NCBI RefSeq assembly: GCF_018977255.1
Contig: NW_024704743.1
Span: forward strand, 94,304,001 to 94,368,000
Direction of reading: 5' to 3'
Length of the DNA stretch: 64,000 nt
DNA from: Callorhinchus milii
Taxonomy: Eukaryota
A model generated the notes under the pieces. That model ran no database searches. It was given only the letters and a program-made list of their open reading frames with translations, and was not told the DNA's origin. The stretch's first letter is position 1. Each line of letters starts with the position of its first letter. The position numbers and the translations under genes are program-made. This document shows, one piece after another, positions 24,753 to 37,630 of this stretch.

Positions 24753-27700
24753 TGCAGCAAATATAATTTTGTGACTTGGCAAGATAATGTCCTGAAGGGA
24801 GTATTGTTCTTAGAAGGCCAAAAGTGAGAGTCAGTATAACAGCGGTAGATGAAAATTACTTACGCAGAATGCAGCAGAGTCTGTTCAGCCCTGCAAACTG
24901 ACCTGTAAATCGCAGATAGAATAAAGAGAAAGAGATAGCCCAGAGAGTAAGTAACGTGACCAGTCCAAACAATAAAGGTGCTATTTAATGCAGAGGCATG
25001 CAAATTAAAAAAGAAAACGGCAAGTAAAATATGTGGTTGACTTGGAAAAAAGAATTTATATATATAATAGCACCTTCTTACATCTAAATGCCTCAAAGTA
25101 CTTTGCCTGCAATACCCGTAAAATGTATTGTAGGCAAAGTTAAAAAGAAAAGTTAAGAGAATCTAAAGTATGTAGCGTGGAAGTTTACTATGCTCTTGTA
25201 GATATTGTTTAAGATTTTGAATTTAATCTATATTCATGTAAATACTATTTTTATTGTTATTATTTTATTAGAATCATTCATTAATGGAGACTTTTTAATA
25301 TTTTAAGGATTGACTATTCAAAAGTTCAGTGATGTGGAGGATATGACAGTTTCAATAACAGCTGGACTTCAATAAAGTGGAGTAACCAACTGACTACTTT
25401 TTACATCAATTATACTCTGTCGCATAGGGCACCAGAGACTGTAGTTTAATATTGAAAACGGCAATTTTAGGGCAGACACCAAGAAATATTTATTTACCCA
25501 AAGGGTAATTGACGACTCCAACAAGTTGTCAAGAAGGGTTGATGAGGTATTTGGTTCATGAAACCTAAAGCCTTCAAATCTATGAGAATCTCTCTGGTTT
25601 GAGGTTACCAACTCAAACTGGACCAAAGGCCTGCTTGGAGGTCTGATGTGCCAAATCTCGGTTTATAGAATGAGAAGATTACAGGATGTGATCTCTCACA
25701 TGAGGCAAACACTGATTACTTTAAAGGTCACATATAGCCTGATGTGGCCAGGCCCAACCCATCTTACAAAAATTATTTGCAACACGTTCCAAGAATAAAG
25801 GTCAAAATTCTGATTTGTGCAGCAAGTGGTTTCATTTAAATAATCTCGATACCAAGTTAATGGGAAATTTAAATGAATTGGAAGACTTGAGCATTCAGTG
25901 TTAATCTAGAATCTTAATCTGCCTTGTTCGCTCACCAAGTTTGACAAAGTCAGACAACAAACACTGTTTCTGCTTCTAGAACCAAGGTCCAAACATTCCA
26001 CCTGGTTTTAGACCTATCCAACAATTTTGTCTTAAAATTTAAGATGGACAGAGATTGGAAAACTCTTGAATTCATGTCTCCATTTGAATCCGGTTGTTTC
26101 TAAGAACTGCACAGAACCATCTTCCAAATTACAACTGAATTCAAGAATATTCCACAAATCTGTGTAATCCTAACATTTTGAGGCAAATATTCTTACTCAT
26201 TAAGGCTAGGCCCAAGAGATCCACTTTGGCAGTTCTGTCAACAATTACTGCCAGCACTTTTTCCTTAGGTCATTACATAGTTGTTGGTAATGTGTTGCAG
26301 ATGTTTCCAAAGGCATGTTCTGCTGAAGGTCACTCTGGCATAATTCAAGCACAATTCAAGCTGTAGTCAGTGAAATGACCAGACAGTAAGAGGCAATTAT
26401 TTTCCAGAGGACAAATCACACCCAAAATTAAATTAACCTTCAAAATGTATACAACATAATACAAATTTACATTGATTTAGTGCTTTCGCGTCAGGTGGAT
26501 GTTCCAAGGTGCTGAACAGTCCAGGGATTGCACCTGAGCTGGGGGTGGGTGCTGAGGGATGGCAAGGAAGAGAAGGATGAATGTATTGAGGGATGGAACA
26601 AGTCGAAGGGTTGCAAGGATGGAGTTTCAGAGCCTGAGGGTAGAGAGGCTGACCACCAATAGTGGAGTGGGCAGGGCCGGGGATGAGAAGTAGACCTCCA
26701 GGTTAGAAGAGGTTGCAGAGGTAGGGTAGGGCAAGACCATGGAGGTATTTAAAGGTTAGGACGAAGATCATGAACTAATAATAGCTTGCCTCAATTAAGA
26801 TCATATTTATGTTGCATGGTAATGGTCAATTTGATGTTCTGATGTTGTTTTCTTACCAAGTGATGCAGCAGGAATTAGAGGAACACTATTTCCATTCTGA
26901 GAATGTATGGACAGTAAGATGCCCAACACAAGAACTACATATTAAAGATATATTGTATGTCTGCTTTTTTGGAAGATTTCAGAAAGGGGAGAAGAACTGG
27001 ATGTTTACATTAGACACAAGTTGTTCACTCCTAGGGCTCAGGTTCTATTGTAAACTGAACAGATTGTAAGAGTGTTTTCTCAGCCAAACAGCTACTAAAC
27101 TTCAGAAGTGAATCTGGTTTTGAAGAGTCATAAATAATCTACCTTCCAACATACTGGATGTTTCACAGTGCGGGTTTCAGTTTCAGACAAAAAGCCTTTT
27201 GAGCCATTATTCCCTTTTGCTTCTCATTGTTCTGTTAACATTGCTGTAGCTGGTCATGTGTATATTATAAAATATATAAAATACAGTTAAAGCAGCGTAA
27301 GGGCAGGGCTTCAGGGAATTCAGGTTTATAGGAGGGAGTTGTAAAGGTTTATAGGTAGTGAGTGTATCTATATTTTGTGAATTAATCTCAGTGTCCTGTT
27401 TATCTTCAGGTGTTTCCTCGCTTCCGTTCTCTTTTTCCCTCTCAATGCCTATGGTGTCTCCTTGTGGATTTGTTCTATCTGTGTCTCGCTCTGTATTTGT
27501 GGCCATTATTCTGTCAGCCTTTATCTTTCTTTCCCTCTCTCTCACCGTCACTCATTTGTCATTTTTCATCTCTATTTTCCTTCCCACTATTAAACTCACT
27601 CATGTTTCCTTTCTTCCCTATCTTATTCATTCTGCCTTGTCTCCTCCTTGAGAGATACTGGCTACGATCACAATATCGCGATTCTAATAAATTTACACAC

Positions 27701-28768
27701 TTGGACAGAACTTCACACATACTCACCAGCAGGATTATTTCGCTGGTAGTAAAGATAGATCTTCATACTGTTACATTGTACAGTTTAGGGTTAGTGATAG
27801 TGTAGAGATTGAGAATGAGAGATAGAAAGTTGGGAGTGACTCAAAGAGAGAGAAAATAGAGAGACACACACACTATACACACAGAAAATGTGAGCAAGGG
27901 AGAGAGAAGACCTGATATAGTTTGGCTCTATAATGACAGTATTCCATCCAACAATCACTCCGCCTCGCCCCTTCATTAGCCTCCTTCAAGTCCCACCTCA
28001 AGACCCTCCTCTTCGATCATGCCATCGGCCACTCCCTTTCCCCCGCCCGGGTCTGAAATGCCGTACACCGTCCAGCGCCTTGGGACGTCCTCCCGACGTG
28101 AAAGGCGCTATACAAATGTAATCTTGTTGTTGTATAAGTTCTGATAAAACAACTTTTATACCATGCTCCAAAAGATCCCAAATGAAATATTCACAAAACA
28201 TTCTGTGGAAATATTTGAGAAGGGAAAGAAAGTACTGATAATGCTGATTTCCAAATTTGAGGATAGCTGGTTGCCCGCCTCCCCCGCACTGAAGCTTTGT
28301 TTTATTCACTCTATGTTTTGCCCTGCAGGTCTCTTGTCACCCACACATCTTTTTGCAGTCAGGAGAGTGCTCTGTACTTTCAATCTCTTCACTGTCACAT
28401 GTAATGCAAATCCAGGAGTGGCTGACTGCCAGACAGCCTGATTAAAGGTGACAGCAATAAGACAGTGCAGCTTATCACATCCTCCTCTGCTTAGAATATT
28501 TGCTCAGCATAGAATTTCATGATAATTAGCTGTAGAACAGCAAACCTGCAGTAATAATGTTACAAACAGTTGTTTCTCTTGTATGAACATCTTCGCAAGA
28601 GATAACAAATGCCAAGGCATGATTTCAAGGCTTTAATTTCATCTCAAGGTTGAGATGGCTAATGAAAACCTCTTGAGTTTTGCTTCAGAACTTTGAGTTT
28701 CTCTGTTACATTACAGTCCTGCAATTACTCAAAGGCACCTGGTAGTGTACATTTTGTTACCATCTTAC

Positions 28769-28901
28769 CTGATAGCTCTCATCCTGAAGTTTTTGCTTGA
28801 GATATTCCTCCAGCTTCAGCTCATTCTCAAGTTGATGGACGGAATCATTTTCATAACTTTCATCATCAGTCCTCACATAGGATTCACCATCATCTGTAAC
28901 A
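28769..28901 (-). CDS. DTNA: Alpha-dystrobrevin exon, tyrosine tail (VTDDGESYVRTDDESYENDSVHQLENELKLEEYLKQKLQDESYQ)
   Basis: 133 nt, AG/GT flanked, phase 2 to 0; matches the recalled human DTNA YENDSVRQLENELQMEEYLKQKLQDEAYQ. Confidence 0.95.
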
Positions 28902-29270
28902 CTTGTCAAGAAAGAAACCATAAACAATGACATCTCTGCCTCTCATTACATTTTACTACACTGATTTGTGGTAGGATACTAGCAACTTACATTCATGTAG
29001 TGACTCAAAGTGCTTTATATGATGAGATAAGTTTGACATGAAGTGAATGTTTTTGTAGAAAGCAAACCCAATATCTAATATGAACCAGAGCATCCTACAA
29101 ACAATGACATGAGTAGTCAATTACTGTAGAACACCCTGTATCCACATACCATTCATCTACATGTCTGTTTATCTGCATGGGCTCAGACATGGAACATTAC
29201 AGGACTGGGATTTTCAGCCTTACACCTGGGCAAGGAAAGAGGATAAAAAATAATTATTATTGATACTTAC

Positions 29271-29439
29271 ATATCGCTCCGAATTGTTCCTGTTGCAGCA
29301 GCACTGTGGAGATAGCTGGGATTCCTGGCATTAATCTGAGCAAGAAAGGCCTTTTCAGATGTTGGCGAAGGGACTAGGTCATCTAAATGAGTTCGACCAA
29401 ACTCGGAGTCCACGGTGCTCTCAGTCTCGCTGCCAGCTT
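29271..29439 (-). CDS. DTNA: Alpha-dystrobrevin exon (EAGSETESTVDSEFGRTHLDDLVPSPTSEKAFLAQINARNPSYLHS...)
   Basis: 169 nt, phase 1 to 2, GTAAGT donor, TAGCAG tandem acceptor; matches DTNA SETESNVDSEF...VPSPTSEKAFLAQI. Confidence 0.95.
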
Positions 29440-31785
29440 CTGCTAAATTGAAAGCAAAACTCCATTAATAGTGACTAATGGCATAAATCTGTATACAGCT
29501 TGCATGATGTTTATGAGATGGTTTCACTCTTATCACTCTAAGGCCCAATCCTCCACAGAGGAAGAGAGAATGATGGAAGCATCATTTATGAATATAACAT
29601 TATTACCAGAGCAATATTGGTGGAAGATAAATTGTTCACGATTCAGTAATAATCTTATATTCCCCCCTAATTATACAACATTCCATTAAACAATGCCTGT
29701 TATTTGTAAATCTATCAAAACATGACAGATGATTTCCCCATAAATAACGTTAATTTCAGAAAGCAATTTCAACACTGAGTGATTTCATGGGTAGGCTTTG
29801 ATTATTTGGATGGCACATTACCATCTGCCTGCCTGGAAATTAAAGATCACTGGAACTATTTAAAAAGAGAAGGGAGTTTCTCTTGGTGTCCTGACCAACA
29901 ATTAGTCATTCACTTCATGGCTGATGTGGTTCCCTACTATGGGTAAAATAATTGTTGTGCTAGTTGTCAAATAAACAGTTACCATAGTTGTTGGCAGTCT
30001 ACAGTTTGTGTGTAATAATAATAATTCTTGCATTTGATAGAAGGCTTTTCCTGTCAAGAGGATGTCTCAAAGAACTTCACGGGACATATGGTAGAGTGTA
30101 GTGACTGTATTTTTCCATTTGTTTCTCCTCTTCCTCCTCCACCACCTTACTCTATGGGATTTCCTAGCCAAATGCACAGGATGGCTTCTGCGCTCAAGCT
30201 TCTAACAATGTCGCTTTTAAACCAGTCGTTGGGAAATGTGAGAGCAAGCTACAGTTCACTTCACCCTCAATAACTATGTTCAACTTGAAAATAAGACAAA
30301 AAAATGTCCAAATTTTTATATTGTGGATAGAAGTAACTTAGCTCTGAAACAAAAAAAACAAAGCATTTCAATTCTGAACAGCCTGTGTAGAGAGAAAGAA
30401 ATTTCCTGAAGTGGCTCAGACATGATGCCCAAATGATCTCCTGTGCTTCAAATTCAACCACAACAAAATTACATTTATACAGTGCCTTTCACGTTGGTAG
30501 GCCATCCCAAGATGCTGAACAGTTAAGTTTTTGCACCTGAGCTGGTTGAATATTCTGTGTTCCTATGAAAATTTCTGAGGTTTTTTTATTTGAAGTCAAA
30601 GGGATGTACAATCTCCAACATGTCAATAAGGACAGTTACTAGTCCATAAAGCATTTCTTATTATACCTGGAGCAACTAATGTACAGAAAGGAATACAATA
30701 CCACATTTATACTGGACTTGTAGCATCAATTTAATACTAACATTTACTTAAATTGATGCTGAAGATGCAATATAAATAGCCTACTGGACTGGTTCCAGAA
30801 CCAGAGTTAACAACCCAATGTGAGACTAGAGGTTACATTTTTTTTTAAAAAAGCACAATTATTTTTCTAAGAAATGCATCAAATATTTTCTTAGAAAAAT
30901 AATCATGTTTTTACAAGGATATAATCACTGTACATCCATCCATATATCATTTTTCACACTGCCTGTCTTTCCAAAGGTTGCACAACACACTGTGAGTAAA
31001 GTGTTGAATATGTGGAGCATGCCTATTTATTTCTTGTTATAGTATTGTCTGAGACATGGAAAATGCTTATTTGGTATTAATTTTTGGATGTGGTTCAAAA
31101 ATGCTACTGCAATCCTGGAGAGAAAATCACTCAGCAGGGATTTGTTCTCTAATGAAATTACCTCATTTTTTACATTTTTAACTCACAACAAGAAAGAAAA
31201 GTATTTATCCCCGATTTCAAAATCTGACATTGCCAATTCAGAAATCGTTTTGGTATAGGTCACAGCTTTGTTTTTTTTAAGTAGAGATTATCATTCACTT
31301 TAATGGCTGTTTGTGTGACTTTGCTGTGTGAAAACTGGCTGCCACATTCTCCTAGAAAATATACAGTCACTGCACTTTACAATAAATCATGTGAAGCACT
31401 TTGAGACGTCCTCCAGACACGAAAGGCAAATGAAAGGATTATTATGGTCCTTTGAGAACATTAGTGATCTGTAACCAATGTCATTCAACAAACCAATGTC
31501 TAAGATTCTAATAATCTGTTTGGGTTGGCAACACTAATATTGCGACCTAAAATAGGGTTTGAATTCAGAAACTTATAAAGCATCAAATAGGAATTATTCG
31601 GATTTGTTGGACTCTTTCTCCCTTCACCAAACACTTCTCTCAATGCGACAGTCTGTAAAGTTGAATAACACATTCAACTTCCAAAACATCCGTTTATTAA
31701 CAAGGCTGCCCATAATATTAATTCAGCAGAGTGATATATAATTAGGATTTGCAAATAAATCCTTATCATTGTTACTTTCACTTAC

Positions 31786-31875
31786 CCGAATTCAACTCTT
31801 TCACCAAAGAGGACATTGTATTTGTAATAGAATCTGCTGCCACAAGCAGATCATTTCTTAAATTCCTCCTGGAGC
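31786..31875 (-). CDS. DTNA: Alpha-dystrobrevin exon ([30 protein letters not shown])
   Basis: 90 nt, canonical sites, phase 1 to 1; essentially identical to the dystrobrevin consensus. Confidence 0.97.
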
Positions 31876-32174
31876 CTAGAAAAGAGAATGTGAGCAATAC
31901 ATCAATTTTAAATTACATATGGGCAGCACCTAATCATAAGACAACACTGCAATTATTTTACTTTGCAAATTCTCTATGTCACATGTTTAGTATCATTTTT
32001 TAAAAACTTTATTGCCCCTTTCAATGAAAAGTGTAGATTTTTTTTGTTCTTTCATTCTTTGTATACTGAAGTTTGAAACGGGGAGTGCATCCACAACAAT
32101 TAAGTTGTGCGTTTTCTTTTCTATGTAAAACTATCTTATTTTTCAGTGTAACTTTTTTTAAAAGAATGACTCAC

Positions 32175-32340
32175 TTTGTGCAAATGCTTCCTGTACATCT
32201 CCTCCAACTCCTGTCAGTGAGTCCTGAGGTGTGTGGGTTGGAGTTGAACAGGCTGATGTTGATCTGATTGGCATTGGAATAGGAACAGACCGGCTAATAG
32301 TGTGGCTTGGTGAAGAGCGAGGGGAGCCTGCTCCCTGAGT
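32175..32340 (-). CDS. DTNA: Alpha-dystrobrevin exon ([55 protein letters not shown])
   Basis: 166 nt, phase 0 to 1, GTGAGT donor. Confidence 0.97.
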
Positions 32341-32959
32341 CTGATAACAGTGAATAAAAATAGTGCATTGCTATTACACACAAGGCAAAAGGTACTGTCT
32401 TTTGCTTACTCTTCAGAAGCAAGGCTGTCTCTTTTCCACATCACGAGAAACTTATATAGCAGTTCAGTAAACTGGCAATGAATATTTCCAACAATCTTTT
32501 TCTTTTAATGATTCAAACTAAACTATCATAAAACAGAGAAATTCAAAAAGTAAAATAAGTTGTGCAGAAATATGAAGACTAATAGAAAAACTAGGACACC
32601 ATTCAACAATGGATAAACTTAAAGATTAAGCACAGAAAAAGAGGACACAGGTTTAAGATGACGATACAAGATCACAAATGGTACGGTTAAAGAAGCAGCT
32701 GGACCTCATCCTTCCGGAAGCCCCGCCAACCCCCAATCCACCCACCCTCATTCCAGTTATACCATAAAACCCTTTTTAAATAAGTCGAGTGAAGTGCTCT
32801 CTTCCACTCTTACTGGTAACTGATTCTAACTATGATGTTATTGTGCAAAGTTACAGTATTTGAAAGATGGAGAACTGTTCTAAGGATACACTTCTGCAGG
32901 TTTACTTTACACTGTTAGATTTAATTTGTCACTGCACATGGATTAGCTATTTCCCACAG

Positions 32960-33192
32960 CACAGTGTGGGGGAGAGCAGTGGAGGGCTAGCACCGTGTGG
33001 GGGAGAGCAGTGGAGGGCTAGCACCGTGTGGGGGAGAGCAGTGGAGGGCTAGCACCGTGTGGGGGAGAGCAGTGGAGGGCTAGCACCGTGTGGGGGAGAG
33101 CAGTGGAGGGCTAGCACCGTGTGGGGGAGAGCAGTGGAGGGCTAGCACCGTGTGGGGGAGAGCAGTGGAGGGCTAGCACCGTGTGGGGGAGA
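32960..33192. repeat. Minisatellite, 31-bp unit CACCGTGTGGGGGAGAGCAGTGGAGGGCTAG, ~7.5 copies
   Basis: Head-to-tail identical units (the first has one mismatch), no spacers. Confidence 0.97.
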
Positions 33193-33360
33193 TAATAATA
33201 ATAGAAATGACAATCGTCTAACAATCAGGTTCCTGCATCCTGCTCGGTAAACAGAGTCGTGTGGAATAACGAAACTTGCCCAACATTTCGCCCTGCCAGG
33301 AATCGAACCCAGGACTTTCTCTTGTAAGGCGAGTACTCTAACCACTGAGATACAGGAATC
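33193..33360 (-). mobile_element. Short form of the tRNA-headed SINE (head, CORE/Meta-like segment, (ATT)n; no Deu part)
   Basis: TCCTGTATCTCAGTGGTTAGAGTACTCG...GGTTCGATTCC...TTGGGCAAGTTTC...CTCTGTTTACC then (TTA)n. Confidence 0.75.
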
Positions 33361-34266
33361 CACAAATCAATGAAGGGCTAGCACTGTATGGGGAGATCAG
33401 TGAAGCTCTGTGTGAGGTAGATCAATGGAAGGCTGGCATTATGTGGAGAACTTTTCGGTTTGTGCATACTGTATGCTTGATTTTGCATGATCACTTGATG
33501 AAGGCCCCATGTTCATGTCCATAATGGATTTGACCCAATTATTGTGGATAACGTGCTCCCTATTCTATTATCATCACTGTTGTGAAGGACATCAACCCAG
33601 CTGTAACCACCCAACAATGCAGACTCCCATCTGCCAACAGCCCTAAGTGACCACAGTAATCTACAAACATTAAATGCATACAAATAATAATAATCTATGC
33701 AACTGATATAGCATATTATCCTGTCAAAACACTTCAAAACCCTTCAGGGTTTTTTTCTGTTAAGTAAGTAGGCAAACATGAGAGCCATTGAGAACACAAC
33801 AATGTCACACAAACAATTTTTTTTATTTGGGGGGGATTGTTTGGCAGGAGAAATTCCCTTTTCTTTTTGAATAGTGCCAAGGAATCTTTAATCCACTTAA
33901 ACCAACAGACAAGACCATGGTTTAATGTCTGATCTAAAGGATGACACCTCTGACAATACAGCACACCCCCAGCACTGCATTGAAGAGCACAGGTAACCCA
34001 CGTTTCAGAATTAGTCATACTTTTCATTACTAAAATGAAAGAATGGTTATGAAAGTCATTAAATATGTCAATGCCAAACCAAGCATTATGATTATATATG
34101 CATTAGTCAGGTTATAATTTGGCATTAAAAAAAAGCAGTGGCATGTTGCAGTAAAAGCAAAGTGCTTATTGACCCACAACATGGGCAAAGCATCAAGGGC
34201 AGACTCAGTCACTAGAGTAATAAATGAATATGCACCCGTCAATCAAAGCTGAACCACAAAACTTAC

Positions 34267-34287
34267 TTCCTGCCTCATCTCTTCTTC
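34267..34287 (-). CDS. DTNA: 21-nt DTNA microexon (EEEMRQE); donor read-through gives an alpha-DB2-type end VSFVVQL* (stop 34243-34245)
   Basis: TAG|GAAGAAGAGATGAGGCAGGAA|GTAAGT, phase 0 to 0; corresponds to mammalian EEELKQG|VSYVPYCRS. Confidence 0.85.
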
Positions 34288-34844
34288 CTATACGAAAGTT
34301 TAAAATCAAGTAGCATTTAGTCGAAGCACATTTAGAATTCTTAAAACACTCAGGTGCCTTTAATTACAAAGTGCAAAATCCCGCAAAGATGCTTATTCAG
34401 CATGGACCAATTAACCAGAGAAGTAATTCATTGAAACAAACATGACCAAAATCCTGAAGTAATTTTCTAAAGATTGACTTCCTCAACAAGTAGTAATATT
34501 TATTTAAAATGATACAAAGAAATAATTTAAGCAAACTTACATAACTTCTCAAGACATGTAAAAATATTGAAATGGAAAAGACATAAGGTCCTAGAAACCA
34601 TAGGACAGTAAATATAGAAAATAATCTATCCTTCCATTCCCATGTTAAATGACTTTCTGATTTTCCACATGGGGACAAACACTGCTCTATTATAGACTTA
34701 CAAAGGCCTTTCAGAGAACCCTCTGAGATGAATTAAATTGTCAAAAAAAAACTTCAATCAGAGAAGCAAAGTACAACTCATTGATCATTCTGTCTGTTGT
34801 ATGTTCCTTAGTGACCTTTTGATCTACACATTAAATGATCTTAC

Positions 34845-34941
34845 TTTCAGTAACTTCATCAGGCCTTCCAACTGGACCATGAGTTCCCTGCGGCTTTCCT
34901 GCAACGCTGACATCCTCTGTTCCAGTTCGTCCTTTCGCTGT
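34845..34941 (-). CDS. DTNA: Alpha-dystrobrevin coiled-coil exon ([32 protein letters not shown])
   Basis: 97 nt, phase 2 to 0, canonical sites. Confidence 0.97.
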
Positions 34942-36451
34942 CTGTGAAGTGCACATCAAGAGCCAAATCTTAAGCCAGAACACAGGCTACACGTCAGCTA
35001 CTAGAGACCTTGAGGTTATCCAATTTACAATTGGGGATATTCAGACCACAATTAGATGTCAAGTTAGTGCAGTGTAAAATGAGTGTTTTTTCATCTCTTC
35101 TGAAGAATACTATTCTAAAAAAAAAGTTAGCCTGGGTATGGGGATAAAGACGGAAAAATGGGGCTGGATGGGTTGTTCTTTCAAACAGCCAGCACAGACA
35201 CAATGGGCTGAATGGCCGTTTTCTGTGCTATAGTTTCTACAGTTCTTAGGATTGTGGCAGTACTGTAACTACTTTATAAATAAAGACATTCTAGTTTATC
35301 AAAAGAATACTGCACCTCAACAGGGCTAAGTACCTCTTCGTATTTACTCTGCATTTAGCTATCTGTAATAATGTGACCAGGTGATTCAACCAACAACTGC
35401 TGTACCACCATCTGCCGGGCTGAGTGTTACATTTTTGATCTGGAGTTTTCTCAGCAGGGAGCTTCAAGTGCTCTAAAATGCTACCACTGTGAAGGGTGCT
35501 ATATAAAGCCAAGTTGCTGTGGTTTAATGATTCCACAAATGAAAAGCAATTGAGTAAGTTGCATTTCCTATCAGTTAATCTGAAATGGTAATCTGAAACT
35601 ACAGAGACACCTGCAGGCCAGACATCCAGCCCTTGGTTGTTAAGGACTGTTTACAAAGCAGCAAGAAATGAAGAAATGAAGAATGTGATTTGGAAAAGGT
35701 TAGGGGGGGGGGGGCTGGTGTGGATACAAACAGCTAGTCTCAGCATCCTACAGCTAGGGAAAAAGTGAAAAAAGTCCTGCACACCACCTTCTGGTGAAAG
35801 TTCTGTATGTGCACATATCAGAGTTGAATGGATATTTCCCCATTGTCTACAATTATCTGTTGATACTTACTGTCCAGGCTGTTGCTACCTGTAAGTTGTT
35901 ACCACAGCTTGAGCCACTAGATGAGGAGGGAGGTTTGCAAAATATTTGAGGTTAGGTTTTTTTCCACCAGAGTTGTGAAAGGTAAGTGGTGAGTCCTTCA
36001 ACTTCATTAATCATTATGATAGTGAAAGTCATAATAGTTTATTTCCATTGTCACTAACAAAAATACACAAATTTAAGATAATCACAGAAAAAATTAGAAA
36101 AAATTCGGTATCCAGAAGTTGGTTCAAATGTGTAATTCTCTGCCACAAATTGTTGTTTAAGGACAGCTCATAAGTTATTTCAAAAAGGGAATTAGATGAA
36201 TGCTTGTAAAAAGTAATATTAATGAGTGTGGGCAGGGAGCAGAAGAGGATTGATTAGACTAAGTGGCCTATGTGGGTAGAAAAAAAATCAGCGGCACAGA
36301 CTTGATTGATCAAATGGCCTGGAACATTCTACTTTATTTTGCTTTTCTTAATCCTACTTCCTCCCCACAAATCATAGATCAACTTAATTTTTGAAAGAAA
36401 TCCTAACCTTAAAACCCTATTACGTTTCGCCCACAAAATATACAGTCAATT

Positions 36452-36594
36452 AATTCTGACGATGGGTCATCGACCTGAAACATTAATATACTTTCCTCTG
36501 TCTCTCTCCATGGATGCTGCCTGACCTGCTGCATGATCCCAGCAACTTCTGTTTTTATTTCAGATTTTCAGTATCTGTGGTATCTGCGCTTTTT
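36452..36594 (+). mobile_element. Penelope-like terminal fragment with hammerhead core, nested in a SINE 3' end (36421-36680)
   Basis: CTGACGA-TGGGTCATCGACCT-GAAACATT, then CTCCATGGATGCTGCCTGACCTGCTG; the flanks rejoin as SINE CAGTCAATT|CACTT. Confidence 0.7.
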
Positions 36595-37130
36595 TGTCCC
36601 CACTTAACACTATATTCTGTGAGGTGTCTCAAAGACGTGATAAGGTGCTATAATCAAATGCAAGGATTATTATTATTGTTTACATTTCAGTCACTTTCTT
36701 CCAGCTCCTATCATTCATTTAAGAAATTGAGAGCGATTTCTTTTTTCAAAAAAAAAGTTTTTAAAAAAAAATTGTCAGGAAAGGCTAACTGAAAGTTGAT
36801 TGATTAACCAGACAGGATTATGGACCCAATCAGCTCAAATATGGCAATGTGGAACCTCGTTGGAGTTCCCTTTCTTTTCTTTCCCCAGGCTTGCTCTCAA
36901 AGACCCTGGCAATGGCTGAGGGAGTGAACTGTGAGGGTTGAAGTATATGCAGTCTTAATGATTGTTTGAGGATGGCTTCCTCATCATTGGGTGACAAAAA
37001 GCTTGTGGACCTTTAGCTGAGTGAACCAGCAAGGAGACAAAGTGACCTCATATACCAATAAGGTGATGCTAAGCATGTTCCTTAGTTGAATGTAACGGCA
37101 TTGCACTGGAAGTTGTGGTCAGTGAGCTAC

Positions 37131-37244
37131 CTGAGAAGCCGGAGTTCTGCTAGGAGGGTAGGGTTCTGCTGTGCCTTATCCGGTGTTGGTTGAGATGCCT
37201 GCTCGTGCTCAAGCCGCAGTCGCTGTATTTCTTGTAATATTTCC
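37131..37244 (-). CDS. DTNA: Alpha-dystrobrevin coiled-coil exon ([38 protein letters not shown])
   Basis: 114 nt, phase 2 to 2, pyrimidine-rich acceptor. Confidence 0.97.
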
Positions 37245-37630
37245 CTTAAGAAGAAAAGACAAATGTTTTGATGGACTGATATCGTCTTAAACAGTTCAAC
37301 ACATTATATTCACTGTACCACAGACAAACCATTACAATATGTCACAATTAGCCATCAAACAACAGGCTATAAGCACTTTGATTGACTGGATTAACTACAC
37401 TTACTTATATCTGTCATACCAAATGACACCAAATGTAAAAAACAATAATAATTCTTACATTTGATATAGCATCTCAAAATGCTTCAAAGTTACTTGTAAC
37501 AATTATATTTATTGGGTGGAAGCTGCAGCCAATTTGCACACAGCAATGTCTCACAAACATGTATGAAGTGAATAACCAATTTTATTTGGGGATTGTTGGC
37601 CAGAACATCAGGAGCACTGCCCTTTTGAAT

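Noticed and set aside
27207..27900. Overlapping ORFs of 97-131 aa
   Set aside because: They arise from CT/GA low-complexity sequence and show no recognisable protein or splice support.
32960..33192. CRISPR-like array of ~31-bp repeats
   Set aside because: Units are contiguous with no unique spacers, there are no cas genes, and the context is a vertebrate intron. It is a minisatellite.
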